Positions 1 to 12,897 are shown, numbered from the stretch's first letter. The stretch: DNA of 64,000 bases from an uncultured delta proteobacterium (GCA_963767925.1 CAVYGB010000008.1:2304001-2368000); one strand, 5' to 3'. The notes: generated from the sequence alone by a model not told the origin. Program-made: numbers and translations.

Positions 1-678
1 CTGGATGATGGCGCATCCAGCAGCTCCGAGGCCCTCAAGATGGTCGGCGCGGTCGCATCCCTCGGTTTCACCGCTCTGCATGCTACGCCGCATCAGCGCC
101 ACGGAGTGTTTTTGCCCTCCAGAGAAAACGTCGACCGAGTTTTCTCCGAGCTGCGGGCCGAGGTCAAGGCCAACTCCCCCTCGCTGAGCTTCGCCCTGGC
201 CGCCGAGAACTTCTGGGACGAGGTCTTCCTGACCCGCGTGCGCGACGGCGGCCTGCCCACCTACGACGGCGGGCCCGCCTTCCTGTTCGAGGTCGACCCC
301 GCCATGATGCCCCCCCGCATCGCGCAGACCCTGTTCGAGATCCGGGTGAGCGGCCGCCTGCCCGTGATGGCGCACCCCGAGCGCTACCGCGCCATCCAGA
401 ACGACGTCAGCCGGGCCGAGGAGCTGGCCCGCTCGGCGGCGCTGCTGGTCGACCTCGGCGCTCTCGACGGCGCCCACGGGCGTCCGGCCATGAAGACCGC
501 GCGCAAGCTGCTCGAAGAAGGGCTGGTCCACGCCGCGGCGACCGACATCCATTCGCCCGAGGACCAGCGGCCCATCGCCGCGGGCATGGCCTGGATCCGC
601 AAGCGGTTCGGACCGGAGACGCTCGATCGGTTGCTGGGGGAAAATCCGCGCCGTATCCTCGCGGGCGAGCTTCCTTGA
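1..678 (+). CDS. CpsB/CapC-family PHP tyrosine-protein phosphatase (5' partial)
   Basis: Frame open from base 1 (LDDGA...ALKM); motifs ATPHQ, AHPERY and ATDIHS. Confidence 0.85.
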   Translation: MDDGASSSSEALKMVGAVASLGFTALHATPHQRHGVFLPSRENVDRVFSELRAEVKANSPSLSFALAAENFWDEVFLTRVRDGGLPTYDGGPAFLFEVDPAMMPPRIAQTLFEIRVSGRLPVMAHPERYRAIQNDVSRAEELARSAALLVDLGALDGAHGRPAMKTARKLLEEGLVHAAATDIHSPEDQRPIAAGMAWIRKRFGPETLDRLLGENPRRILAGELP

Positions 679-724
679 CGGGGAGCCCCGCCCTCCCCTC
701 ACGCAAGCCGCCCGAATCCGTCCC

Positions 725-1780
725 GTGAAGCTCCTGCTGAAGTTACTCGTCGCCCTCGCCGTGGGGGCGGTGTGCGTCGTCCTCGTCCTGCGCGACATCG
801 ACCTCGAGGCCACCTACCAGGTGCTGGCCCATGTCTCCTTGCCGGTGGTGGCGGTCTACCTCGTGATCCTTGCGGCGACCCACGTGTTGCGGTCCTGGCG
901 CTGGGCCTATCTGCTGCGGCCGATCGGGGTGCGGCTCCCCTGGAGACAGCTCTTCGCCATCTCCTCGGTGGGGTTCATGGCCATCCAGGCCTTGCCCGTC
1001 CGCCTGGGCGAGTTCGTGCGGCCCTACTTCGTCGTGCGCTCGGGCCGGTCGCGCATGAGCGCCGTGCTGGGGACGGTGGCGGTCGAGCGGGTCGTCGACG
1101 GCCTGCTGATCTCGATCATCTTCTTCGGCTCGTACCTCGCCTCCGACCGCACGGCCTGGTCGTCCGAGCTACGGGCCGCGGCCTGGCTGTCGCTGCTGCT
1201 GTTCCTGGCCGCCCTCCTCTTCCTGGCCGGGGCGCTCCGCTGGCCCGAGCCGACCATCCAGATCGCCCTCCACCTCCTGCTGCTCCCCCGCTTCGCCCCC
1301 CGTCTGTCGGCCAAGCTGGGCGACAAGCTGCGCGCCCTGATCCAGGGCTTCCAGGTGCTGCACGACCCGGCCAGCCTGCTCCCCTTTCTGTTACAATCCA
1401 TCCTGTACTGGGGGACGAACGGTCTGGGGATGTGGTTGCTGGCCCAGGGGATGAACCTCGACGTGAGCCCGCTGGCGGCTTACGCGGCGATGTCGTTCAC
1501 CGGCGTGCTGATCTCGCTGCCCAACTCCCCCGGCCTGGTCGGTCAATTCCACCTGGGGGTGGTCGCGGCGCTCGGCGCGTTCATGCCCGAGAGCGTGGCG
1601 GCCCGATCGAGCGCCCTGGCCTACGCCACCCTGTTACACGGCATCCAGCTCCTCTGGTACACGCTGGTCGGGCTGGCCAGCCTCCCCTTCGTGCCCGGGA
1701 CCCACTCGTTGCGGGAGGCCGTCGTCGAGTCCAACCGCGCCGCCGAGGAGATGGAACGCGCCGGCCCGGAGCCCCGATGA
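725..1780 (+). CDS. Lysylphosphatidylglycerol synthase TM-domain (UPF0104) membrane protein
   Basis: Multi-pass TM; motifs LRSWRW, LPVRLGEFVR, VERVVD, P-x-SPG-x-VG. Confidence 0.85.
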   Translation: MKLLLKLLVALAVGAVCVVLVLRDIDLEATYQVLAHVSLPVVAVYLVILAATHVLRSWRWAYLLRPIGVRLPWRQLFAISSVGFMAIQALPVRLGEFVRPYFVVRSGRSRMSAVLGTVAVERVVDGLLISIIFFGSYLASDRTAWSSELRAAAWLSLLLFLAALLFLAGALRWPEPTIQIALHLLLLPRFAPRLSAKLGDKLRALIQGFQVLHDPASLLPFLLQSILYWGTNGLGMWLLAQGMNLDVSPLAAYAAMSFTGVLISLPNSPGLVGQFHLGVVAALGAFMPESVAARSSALAYATLLHGIQLLWYTLVGLASLPFVPGTHSLREAVVESNRAAEEMERAGPEPR

Positions 1781-2313
1781 GCCGGCGCAGGCCCGGCTGG
1801 GCGCTCGCCGTCGCGCTGGCCGGGGCCGCGCTGGCCCCCCTGCTGCTGGCCGGCGCCTCGGCCCTGGCCCAATCGAACGGCCTGTTCCCCTACCCCTTCG
1901 CCGAGGTCTGGCCCACCGCTGTCCGCTACCTCCGCATCGACCGCGGCGCCACCTTGCGCGAGCGGGACGCCGAGAGCGGTTACTTGCTGTTCGACCTGCC
2001 CGAGGGGAGCAAGGTCTACAAGGGCTCCCTCGAGCTCGTTCTCACCACCGACTCGGAAGGGCGGGAGGCCACCCGGGTGGTGGTGAACCTGCCCGATCTG
2101 CCGCGCCACTTCGAGTCCACCCTGCTCGACCGCCTGGCGCTCAAGGTCCGCGACGAATACGGCAGCCCGGCGCCGCCTCCGCCTCGCCCGCCGGCCGGCG
2201 CGGACCAAGGGAAAAAGAAGCGCCCGCCCGACGCCGGCTCGCCCCCGCGGGTTCCTAGCGGCGACCTCCCGCGGGCGCCCAGCGGCGAGCTGCCCCGCCC
2301 CGAGCAGCGCTGA
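1777..2313 (+). CDS. Exported hypothetical protein with Pro-rich tail
   Basis: ATGA overlap with upstream stop; signal peptide MSRRRPGWALAVALAG...; globular middle. Confidence 0.65.
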   Translation: MSRRRPGWALAVALAGAALAPLLLAGASALAQSNGLFPYPFAEVWPTAVRYLRIDRGATLRERDAESGYLLFDLPEGSKVYKGSLELVLTTDSEGREATRVVVNLPDLPRHFESTLLDRLALKVRDEYGSPAPPPPRPPAGADQGKKKRPPDAGSPPRVPSGDLPRAPSGELPRPEQR

Positions 2314-2318
2314 GCCGC

Positions 2319-2534
2319 TCAGCCCAGGTCGAGCAAGGTCGCGCCCTCCTCGACCGCCTGGCCAGGGGCCACGGCGACGCGAGTCACCTTGCCGTCAGAC
2401 GGAGCCTCGACGGGCATCTCCATCTTCATCGACTCCAGGATGACCACCGTCTGACCGGCAGTCACGGAGTCCCCCACGGCTACCTCGACCTTCCAGACGG
2501 TCCCCGCGATGTGAGCCTTGACGGGCGTAGGCAT
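2319..2534 (-). CDS. Stand-alone biotin carboxyl carrier (biotinyl-domain) protein
   Basis: LESMKME biotinylation motif; 71 aa. Confidence 0.9.
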   Translation of the reverse strand: MPTPVKAHIAGTVWKVEVAVGDSVTAGQTVVILESMKMEMPVEAPSDGKVTRVAVAPGQAVEEGATLLDLG

Positions 2535-2564
2535 GCCCCCGGCAGACTAGGTATTGTCGCCGGT

Positions 2565-3332
2565 GTGGTCAAGACCCCTGGCAGAGCCCTGACCGTCGCC
2601 CTGGGCCTGGCGATCGGCCTGACCGAGGCGCCGCTGGCCGGCGCCCACGCCGAGTGGGTTCCGACGCTGGTCAACCGCTACGTCTCGCTGACCGTGTTCG
2701 AGGCGCGGGTCGACGTGCTCGTCTCGCTGCTGTTCGGGCAGCTCCCCGCGGGCGAGCGGCGAAGGACCATGGACAGCGACGGCAACGGCCTCATCGAGCC
2801 ACGCGAGCTGCAGCGGGAGCGGATGTTGTGGGCAGCCAGCGCGGGGCGGGCGATCCGGATCTTCGTGGACGGCTCGCCGGTCACCTTCACCCCCACCGCG
2901 GTCGTCGACCTCAGCGGAGAGACCTCGGTGAAGGCCGTGCCGATGCTGGTGACCTTGCAGGGATCGCTGGACCTCGACCCCGGGAAACGCGCCCTGCGGA
3001 TCGAGGCGGGGCCGGACCTGCCCCGCCTGGGCGAGACCGAGATGGCGCTCGACATCACCTCCGGCTGGACCCTCACCGGGAGCCTCGACCAGGACGGCAA
3101 GCCCGGCCGGACCGGCCAGCGCCTGTTCCAGTTCCCGGCCCCCCGCACGGCCCAGGGTCGGGCACCCGCCGTGACCTTCTCGCTGCGCGGCTCGGGAGGA
3201 GCAGGTCCGGCGGGCCGGGCCCTCGGCCTGGCGGCCTGGGCCCTCATCGCTCTGTCGGCGGCGGCGGTGGCGGGCCTGACCCTGGTGGCGGTGCGCGCCC
3301 GCCGCGCTCAGATCGCCGGGCGGCGCAGGTGA
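2565..3332 (+). CDS. Exported hypothetical protein with EF-hand-like loop and C-terminal TM anchor
   Basis: Signal peptide ending AGA-H; DSDGNGLIEPRE loop; hydrophobic C-terminus then basic tail; GTG start inferred. Confidence 0.6.
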   Translation: MVKTPGRALTVALGLAIGLTEAPLAGAHAEWVPTLVNRYVSLTVFEARVDVLVSLLFGQLPAGERRRTMDSDGNGLIEPRELQRERMLWAASAGRAIRIFVDGSPVTFTPTAVVDLSGETSVKAVPMLVTLQGSLDLDPGKRALRIEAGPDLPRLGETEMALDITSGWTLTGSLDQDGKPGRTGQRLFQFPAPRTAQGRAPAVTFSLRGSGGAGPAGRALGLAAWALIALSAAAVAGLTLVAVRARRAQIAGRRR

Positions 3333-4006
3333 ACCAGCGACGCCCGCATGTGGAAGGCGAGCTGCGCGGCCGGATAGCGCTCGGCCTGACCGACCGGGCA
3401 GCTCAGGCGGGCGGCGCAGCTCTCGTGACAGGCCGGATCGGCGCGCCGGCGGGTCGAGCAGCGGTCGAGGTGGAACCCGGTGGGATCCACCGCCCCGCCC
3501 GGGCAGGCCTGCACACAGGGCGCCGGGCAACCGGCGCAGGGTGAGGGCAGGGCGGTCTCCTCGGGCAGATCGAGCGCCAGAACCACGAAGGCACGGTAGG
3601 CCCACCAGGGCCCGAAGCGCGGGTGAATCTGCAGGGCCAGGGGCCCCGGCGGCGGCAGCCCGGCCGCCCGACCGAGGCTCTGCATGGGCAACAGCGGCGG
3701 CTCGGAGGAGAACGGGAAGCGCACGGCGAAGGGCGCGGCTCGGGGACCGAGCGCGCGTTCCAGGGCCGCCGGAACGACGGCCCGGGTATAGGCATCGAGG
3801 GGGTCGGGCAACGTGTTGTCGCCCCTGGCGCGGAAGCGGGCGAAGAACTCCGGACCGCCGTCCCCGATGACGAGGCCGCTCCGCGCGCCGGGCAGCAGCG
3901 CCGCCAGCGAGAGCGGCATCCCGGCGCCAGCGAGGGCCGCCTCGCTCACCGGGCGTACGATGAGCAACCCCTCCTCGGCCAGAGCGGCGCGGAGGCGGTC
4001 GAGCAT
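3308..4006 (-). CDS. QueG/MMACHC-like protein with C-terminal Fe-S cysteines
   Basis: LQIHPRFGPWWAYR; CAGCPAPCVQACP...C...CHESCAARLSCP. Confidence 0.6.
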   Translation of the reverse strand: MLDRLRAALAEEGLLIVRPVSEAALAGAGMPLSLAALLPGARSGLVIGDGGPEFFARFRARGDNTLPDPLDAYTRAVVPAALERALGPRAAPFAVRFPFSSEPPLLPMQSLGRAAGLPPPGPLALQIHPRFGPWWAYRAFVVLALDLPEETALPSPCAGCPAPCVQACPGGAVDPTGFHLDRCSTRRRADPACHESCAARLSCPVGQAERYPAAQLAFHMRASLVHLRRPAI

Positions 4007-4014
4007 CGGAACCG

Positions 4015-5781
4015 TCAGCGCAGCGGCACGACGTAGTCGAAGGCCCGGCCCGCCGACGCCGGGAAACGGGCCGTCTTGAGCGCGGTCTCGACACACGCGC
4101 CCGAGGGCGTGCCCGCGAACCGTCCGGTCACGGTGGCGTTGCTGACCCGTCCGGCCGGGCTGACGACGATCTTCACGGTCGCCACGCCGGGGACCTTGAA
4201 CTGGTTGTAACACTCGCGGGCGCGCGGCATGACCGCGGTCATCCCCTTGACGATCTCGTCGCGGCCGAGGTCGGGAGCCTTCTCGGCACCCCGGCCGGCC
4301 GGCTCTTCCTCTTCCCGGCGAGCCGCGGGGGCGGGCGCCGGCGCCCGCCGGTTGCCCGAGGCCGCTTCCAGCAGCGCCTCGATGTCGTCCTTGGGCTTGC
4401 GGGGGGCCTCGGCTGGCCGGGAGGGGGCCGCCGCGGGCTGGTTGGCCATCCCGCGGTCGACGGGCGGAAGCCCACCGGGGTTGCGGGCTGCGCCCGGGCC
4501 ACGCCGGGGACCCCCGGGACGGTTGAGCCGGGCCAGCGGTCGCTCGGACGATCCCCCGGGCCCCGTGCCGGGCTCGCCGGAGCCCGGCCCTCTGCCCGCC
4601 GGCTCACGCGGGGGCAACGCTTCGTTGGCCACCGGCGGTGGGCTGGTGGGCGTCTCGGCAGGCGGCGGCTGGACCGGGGGCGCGACCGAGGTCGGCGCGG
4701 TCGGCGCCGGCGCGGCTGCCGTCAGGTCGGCGGGCGCGCCCCGGGGCGAGCTGAACATCTTCACGACCACCACCCCGAGCGCCACGATGGCCAGAGCCAG
4801 CACGCCGAGCACGACGATCGCCCAGCGGGGGGTGCCGGAGGAGCCCATCGTCAGCAGCACCGGCGCCACCGGAGAGAACTGCGGCGCGCTGAAGGCCGGC
4901 AGATCGTCCCCTCTGGTATCGCCCTTGGCGCTGACGCCTCCCAGGGTCATGTTGGCCATGGCCCGGATGTCGATCAGCCCGGAGCCCTCTGTCGTGGTGC
5001 TGTTCGAGACCGGCTGCGCGCTCGAGCGAGCCATCGGCATCGCGGACTGGGCGGGTTTGGCCAGCGCCTCCAGGTTGGCCAGCGAGAACAGCACGGAGTT
5101 CTCGTGCCGCTGCCCGGTGAGCCCCGACGACTGGACGCCGGCTAGCGACCCATTGCCGCCGCCGCCGCCGCCCCGGATGTACGATTCCTTGGCCGGCGCC
5201 TCGAACGCCTGCAACCCTGGCGACGAGACGGTGGTGGAGGCGCTGTCCGTTCCGGCGCCAGGCGCGGCGAACAGCTCGGAGATGGCCGGCACGCCGGCGC
5301 CCGGCGTCCCCCCGGGCATGAAGACCTCCTGCGGGCCCGGCGGCGCGACAGCGGTGGGTCCGTCGGCCTCGAAGCCGCTCGACTCGGCGGGGTCGGCGAA
5401 CGGGCTGACCGCCTCGCCGCCGTCTCCGAACTCGGGCAAGGTGGAGACCTTCACCCAGTCCGAGAGCCCTTCCCTCCAGATGTACGTGTCGGGCGTGATC
5501 TCGGCCCGCGAAAGGCGGGCGCGCACGTCGGCCTCCGACAGGGGACCGACCTGCTCTCCGTCGACGACGATGTGCCAGCCGGCGTCGAGCGAGATATCGG
5601 GAGAAGACGGGGCGGAAGAGGAGAACTCGCTGGCGGCGCCGCCAGCGGTGACGACCTCGCCCGAGCCGCGCACCACGATGACGTGGCTGCACTTCTTGCA
5701 GCGGATCTTGAAGACCTTGCCGCGGACTTTTTCGTCGGCGATGGAGTATTTCGCCTGACAGGCTTCGCAAACGATCTTCAT
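4015..5781 (-). CDS. GltJ/AgmX-like protein: zinc ribbon, GYF_2, TM, TonB-C-like domain
   Basis: CEACQAKYSIADEKV...CKKC; WHIVVDGEQVGP...YIWREGLSDW; single TM; C-terminal ECY...GACVETALKTARFP. Confidence 0.75.
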   Translation of the reverse strand: MKIVCEACQAKYSIADEKVRGKVFKIRCKKCSHVIVVRGSGEVVTAGGAASEFSSSAPSSPDISLDAGWHIVVDGEQVGPLSEADVRARLSRAEITPDTYIWREGLSDWVKVSTLPEFGDGGEAVSPFADPAESSGFEADGPTAVAPPGPQEVFMPGGTPGAGVPAISELFAAPGAGTDSASTTVSSPGLQAFEAPAKESYIRGGGGGGNGSLAGVQSSGLTGQRHENSVLFSLANLEALAKPAQSAMPMARSSAQPVSNSTTTEGSGLIDIRAMANMTLGGVSAKGDTRGDDLPAFSAPQFSPVAPVLLTMGSSGTPRWAIVVLGVLALAIVALGVVVVKMFSSPRGAPADLTAAAPAPTAPTSVAPPVQPPPAETPTSPPPVANEALPPREPAGRGPGSGEPGTGPGGSSERPLARLNRPGGPRRGPGAARNPGGLPPVDRGMANQPAAAPSRPAEAPRKPKDDIEALLEAASGNRRAPAPAPAARREEEEPAGRGAEKAPDLGRDEIVKGMTAVMPRARECYNQFKVPGVATVKIVVSPAGRVSNATVTGRFAGTPSGACVETALKTARFPASAGRAFDYVVPLR

Positions 5782-6003
5782 TCGCTTTGACCCTCGTCCA
5801 GCGGCGTGCCGGCGTGTTCCGGAGCCTGGCGCAGCTTAGCCACCGCGCGCGCGGCGCGCAAGCAGAAAGAGAAGAAATTCAACGGGTTAGGCAATTCCGA
5901 CCTTCCCCTTCACCAGCCCACCTCGTCTTTCATCCGTTCACCTGCCGTTCTGCTCCCTCGCGTCCGGCCAGCGACCCCCCTGCCCCTCCTGGTAGCGCCC
6001 GGG

Positions 6004-7306
6004 TTACCGGGCCCCGAAGACGTCGTGCTCGAGGAGCGTCTCCTCCCGCCCCGGGCCGATGGAGACGAGCGCGTAGGGCAGCCCCACGAGCTCGCGGATG
6101 CGCTCCAGATAGCGCTGGGCGGGAGCGGGCAGATCGGCGCAGGAGCGGGCGGGAGCGCCCGGAGGCACCGTCTCGGCGGGCCAGCCGGGCAGCTCCTCGT
6201 AGATCGGGACGATCTGCTCGATGTCCTCGGGATCCACCGGCAGCTCGTCCAGCACCTTGCCCTTGAGGCGGTACCCCACACAGATCTTGATGACATCCAA
6301 CCCGGCCAATACGTCCAATTTTGTAAGAGCCAGGTGCTCGATGCCAGACAGTCGAACCGCCAGCCGCAGCGCGGGAATGTCGAGCCAGCCGCAGCGGCGG
6401 GGTCGACCGGTGGTGGCCCCGAACTCGGCGCCCACCTCGCGGAGACGGTCGCCGGTCTCGTCGGTCAGCTCGGTGGGAAAGGGGCCGTTCCCCACCCGGG
6501 TGGCGTAGGCCTTGACGATCCCGACCACGTGGTCGATCGAAGTGGGCCCCACACCGCAGGCGGCGCAGGCACCACCCGCTGTGGTGGAGGAGGAGGTCAC
6601 GTAGGGATAGGTGCCGTGGTCGAGGTCGAGCAACACCCCCTGGGCACCCTCGAACAGGACGTGGCGGCCGGCCTTGATCTGGTCGTGGAGGAAACGGGAT
6701 GCGTCACCGACATAGGGCCGGATCTCCGCCCCCAGGGCGCTGTATTCGGCCACGGTGGCGTCGAGGTCGGGCGCGGGGGCCCCCAGCTCGCGCAGCAGGG
6801 GGGTCGAGGCCTCGAGCGAGCGCTGCACGGCGCGGCGCAGGCGCTCCGGACGGACCAGGTCGTCGATGCGGACGCCGGTCCGGGCGGCCTTGCTCTCGTA
6901 GGTCGGGCCGATGCCCCGCTTGGTGCTGCCGATGGCGTTGGGACGGGCCTCCCGGAGCGCATCGATCTGGCGGTGCTGCGGCAGCACCACGTGGGCCCGC
7001 CCGGCGACCACGCAGATCCTTCTCGTCGGCCAGGAGCCCGAGCTCCCGGAAGGTACGCATCTCCTCGACCAGGCTGCGCGGGTCGATGACCATCCCTTCG
7101 CCCAGCACGCAGGTGACGCCCTTGCGCAGGATGCCCGAGGGGATGAGGTGGGTGACGTACTTCTTGCCTCCGACCACCAGGGTGTGGCCGGCGTTGGCTC
7201 CCCCACCCCAGCGAGCCACAACCTGGGCCCGCTCGGTGAACAGGTCGACGACCTTGCCCTTGCCCTCGTCGCCCCACTGCGCTCCTACGACGATCACGAC
7301 TGCCAT
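6004..7306 (-). CDS. purA: Adenylosuccinate synthetase (one indel near 7012)
   Basis: [44 protein letters not shown] across two frames. Confidence 0.95.
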
Positions 7307-7311
7307 GTGCT

Positions 7312-8548
7312 CTAGTCTCCGCTCTGTCCGCGGGCCGTGCTGGCCGGTTTACGCCCCAGGGTCCGCACCTCGTCGAAGCGCCAGCGTCGGGCGTAAGCCC
7401 GCAGCTCGGCGCCCGCCAGGCCGTTGAGCTCGACGGCGGCTCTCCGTCCGGTCCGGCGCAGCTCGGCCACCTCGATCCGGGCGGCCTCGGCCGGCCCGCT
7501 GACCAGGACCCCTCCGTCGCGGGCGCCGTTGCTCCCGGGGTCGGCGGGACGCCAGCTCCAGGGCGCCGGCGGTCGCCTCGACGTCGATGGCGAAGCCCAC
7601 CGCCGGAGCGGACCGGCCGTAACGGGCCAGCAACGAATCGTAGCGGCCACCCTGCAACACCGGCTCGGGCCAGCCGGGAACGTACCCCTGCACCCGCATG
7701 CCGGTGTAGTAGTCGAAGCCCCGCACCTCGGAGAGATCGACGTGCAGCCGCGCCGGTACCCGGTGGCGCTGCAGCTCGGCCAGCAGGGTCGCCAGCTCGT
7801 CGAGGGCCCGGCGGATCCCGGCGGGGCGGGCGGGCGCCCGCTTGCGCGCGGTGGCCAGCACCTCCGGCGAGCCGCACAGCTCGGGCAAGAGCGAGGCGAA
7901 CTCGACGACCGCCTTGGCTCCCCGGGCGGCCCGCAGCACCTCGGCCAGCCCGGCCCGGTCGCGCTTGGCGATGCGGGCGCGGGCCGCTTCCCGGCCGTCG
8001 TCGTCGAGGTCGAGGGCGGCCAGCACCTCCTGGGCCAGGCCCAGGTGGCCGAGGTCCATGGTCACCTGGGTCCCGTTGTGAAAGCCAACCGCCTCCAGGG
8101 CGGCGGCGCCGAGGGCCACGATCTCGACGTCGCCCCGGGGCCCCGCCACCCCCGCCAGCTCGACCCCCGCCTGGATGATCTCCCGCTGCGAGCGGGCCCG
8201 CTGGTCGAGGCGCACCACCGTGCCCTCGTAGGCCAGGCGCAGGGGTCCCCGTTCGTCCCGGAAGCGGGTGGCGATCAGCCGCGCGATCTGGGGCGTGATG
8301 TCCGGGGGCAGGGCCACCACCTGCCCGGAGCTCGGCTCGACGAAGCGGATGGCCGCCGCCCGGCCCACGCTGCCCAGGCCCAGGGCGAGCACGTCCTCGT
8401 ATTCGAAGGCGGGGGTGATGACCCGGGCGAAGCCCCAGCGGTCGAAGACCCCCAGGAGCGTCTCGGCGATCCGGCGGCGGGCCGCGGCCGCTTCGGGGAC
8501 GAAGTCGCGCATGCCGGCGGGCAAACGGAGGGTTGGGCGGCGGAGCAT
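7312..8548 (-). CDS. hisZ: ATP phosphoribosyltransferase regulatory subunit (indel near 3' end)
   Basis: [37 protein letters not shown]; directly upstream of purA. Confidence 0.9.
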
Positions 8549-8585
8549 GTGGGTTCTTCGGCGCGCGCGGGCGCCCGCCTGCTAC

Positions 8586-9548
8586 TCAGATCTTGTTGAC
8601 GGCGTTGCGGACGCGGCCGCTCTTGAGGAAGTCGACGAACACCTCGGCCAGCTCGATCGCCACCTTGTCCTGGGCTTCTTTGGTCGACGCGCCCACGTGG
8701 GGGGAGGCCAGGACGTTGTCCAGCTCGAACAGCGGCAGCGGGCCGCAGGGCTCCTTCTCGAAGACGTCGAGGGCGGCGCCGGCCAGGTGACCCGACTTGA
8801 GCGACTCGTAGAGGGCGGTCTCGTCGACGATGCCGCCCCGGGCACAGTTGATGAGGTAGGCCCCCTTCTTCATCTTGCCGAGGGTCGCCGCCGAGAACAG
8901 GCCCTTGGTGGCGGGCAGAAACGGCAGATGCAGGGTCACGAAGTCGGCCTGGGCGATCACGTCGTCGAAGCTCGCCAGGTCGACCCCGGCGGGCGCGGGC
9001 GCCCCGGCCGGCCAGACCGGATCGTGGGCCAGGACTCTCATCCGGAGGCCCAGGGCCCGCTCGGCCACCTGTCTGGCCGATGCTGCCGAGGCCGATGATC
9101 GCCCAGCGTCTTGCCGGTGATCTCGACGCCCATGAACTTCTTCTTCTCCCACTCGCCCTTCTTCATGCTGGCGGTGGACTGGGGCAGCTTGCGCGCCGAG
9201 GGCGAACAGGTACCCGATGGCCAGCTCGGCGGCGGCGATGGCGTTACCGGCGGGTGTGTTGATCACCTGCACCTTGCGCTCGGTGGCCGCTTTGACGTCG
9301 ATGTTGTCGACTCCCACCCCGGCCCGACCGACGATCTTGAGATTGGTGGCCCTCGCCAGCAGGTCGGCCGTCACCTTCGTCGCCGAGCGCACGGCCAGAC
9401 CGTGATATTCGCCGATGATCTCGGCGAGCTGGGCCGGAGGGAGCCCGGTCTTCACGTCCACCGTGAAGCCGGCTTGGCCGAGAATTTCGACGGCTGCCTT
9501 GGAGAGCTCGTCGGAGACCAGAACCTTGATTTCGGACATCGTCGACAT
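8586..9548 (-). CDS. serA: D-3-phosphoglycerate dehydrogenase, short form without ACT domain (compensating indels ~9070-9200)
   Basis: [44 protein letters not shown]; divergent from serC. Confidence 0.85.
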   Translation of the reverse strand: MSTMSEIKVLVSDELSKAAVEILGQAGFTVDVKTGLPPAQLAEIIGEYHGLAVRSATKVTADLLARATNLKIVGRAGVGVDNIDVKAATERKVQVINTPAGNAIAAAELAIGYLFALGAQAAPVHRQHEEGRVGEEEVHGRRDHRQDAGRSSASAASARQVAERALGLRMRVLAHDPVWPAGAPAPAGVDLASFDDVIAQADFVTLHLPFLPATKGLFSAATLGKMKKGAYLINCARGGIVDETALYESLKSGHLAGAALDVFEKEPCGPLPLFELDNVLASPHVGASTKEAQDKVAIELAEVFVDFLKSGRVRNAVNKI

Positions 9549-9563
9549 GGCACAAACCTCGCA
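9548..9563 (+). promoter_or_regulatory. Candidate sigma-54 promoter facing serC
   Basis: TGGCACAAACCTCGCA, GG-N10-GC spacing. Confidence 0.3.
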
Positions 9564-9731
9564 AAAATCCCCGCCCGCGGGGCGCGGGTGTTCTAGTACA
9601 GGTCGTCGGCCGGATCCATAGATGTTCTGTCCGGCCGGGCGGCCGGGCGCCAGGCGCTCGTTAGGCGCGGTTGTAGGCGTCTGGTGGAGACTCCCCGCCG
9701 GGCTCGGCCTGGATTACACTTGCCGGACGTC

Positions 9732-10811
9732 ATGACTCAAAAGCGCGTCTTCAACTTTTCCCCCGGCCCCGGGATGCTTCCGCTGGAGGTGCTGCAGGCC
9801 TCCGCCGCCGCCCTCGTCAACTACCAGGGCAAGGGCTTCGGCATCGCCGAATGCAGCCACCGCGGCAAGGAATTCGACTCCGTGCTGGACGAGGCCACCG
9901 CCCTGGTCCGCAAGCTGCTGGACATCCCCGACAGCCACGATGTCCTCTACCTGCAAGGTGGCGCCACCCAGCTCTTCTCCACCATCCCGCTGAACTTCCT
10001 CAGCGGCCCGGCCGACTACGTCGTCAGCGGCGAGTGGTCCAAGAAGGCGGCCGACGCCGCCAAGGCGGCCCACGGGGACAAGGTGCGGGTCATCGCCACC
10101 AGCGAGGCGACGGACTTCGATCGCCCACCCACCTTCACCGCCGACGCCGGCGCCTCCTACCTGCACGTCTGCTCCAACGAGACGGTGCACGGTCATCGCC
10201 TGACCGAGTGGCCCAGCCACCCCAACCTGGTCGTCGACTCGAGCTCGGAGATGATGTCCCGGCCCCACCCCATCGCCCGCACCGCCCTGGTCTACGCCGG
10301 GGCCCAGAAGAACCTGGGCCTGGCCGGGACCGTGCTGGCCATCGTGCGCAAGGACCTCTACGATCGCATCCCCAAGAGCGTCCCCAAGCTGTGGAACTTC
10401 AAGGTGCTGGCCGAGGCCAAGAGCTGCCTCAACACGCCCCCCACCTTCGGCGTCTACATGCTGCTCGAGACCTTCCGCTGGATGGAGCGCCAGGGCGGCC
10501 TGGCGGCGATCGAGAAGCGCAACGCGGAGAAGGCCCAGCTCCTCTACGACGCGATCGACGGCTCGGGTGGGTTTTACACCGGCACCGTCGCCGACAAGGG
10601 GGCGCGCAGCCACATGAACGTCACCTTCCGCCTGCCCAGCGAGGAGCAGACCGAGAAGTTCCTCAAGGAGGCTTCGGCCCAGGGTCTCGTCGCCCTCAAG
10701 GGCTACCGGACGGTCGGCGGAGTGCGGGCGTCGATCTACAACGCCATGCCGACCGAGGGCTGCCAGCTCCTGGCGGACCACATGCGCAGCTTCGCTCGCG
10801 CCAGCGGCTGA
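9732..10811 (+). CDS. serC: Phosphoserine aminotransferase
   Basis: FNFSPGP, QGGA, NETVHG, AGAQKNLG, NTPP, RSHMNV, GGVRASIYNA. Confidence 0.95.
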   Translation: MTQKRVFNFSPGPGMLPLEVLQASAAALVNYQGKGFGIAECSHRGKEFDSVLDEATALVRKLLDIPDSHDVLYLQGGATQLFSTIPLNFLSGPADYVVSGEWSKKAADAAKAAHGDKVRVIATSEATDFDRPPTFTADAGASYLHVCSNETVHGHRLTEWPSHPNLVVDSSSEMMSRPHPIARTALVYAGAQKNLGLAGTVLAIVRKDLYDRIPKSVPKLWNFKVLAEAKSCLNTPPTFGVYMLLETFRWMERQGGLAAIEKRNAEKAQLLYDAIDGSGGFYTGTVADKGARSHMNVTFRLPSEEQTEKFLKEASAQGLVALKGYRTVGGVRASIYNAMPTEGCQLLADHMRSFARASG

Positions 10812-10827
10812 CCGCGCCAGCCCCCGG

Positions 10828-12764
<1,937 letters not shown>

Positions 12765-12897
12765 CGGCGCCGGGCTGTGTGGACCAGTCACGCACACCGA
12801 GAAAGCAGCGCCGAATCCAGGACCTACGCAGCCTTCTCACCCTGGTGCGGATGACTGCCGATGGCTATGTTTGACCAGTGAGGCGATCGAGGCACGG

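Noticed and set aside
12765..12897. Faint resemblance to a c-di-GMP-I (GEMM) riboswitch
   Set aside because: P2 stem and the GCAAAG core are not properly formed; an Rfam cmscan would be needed
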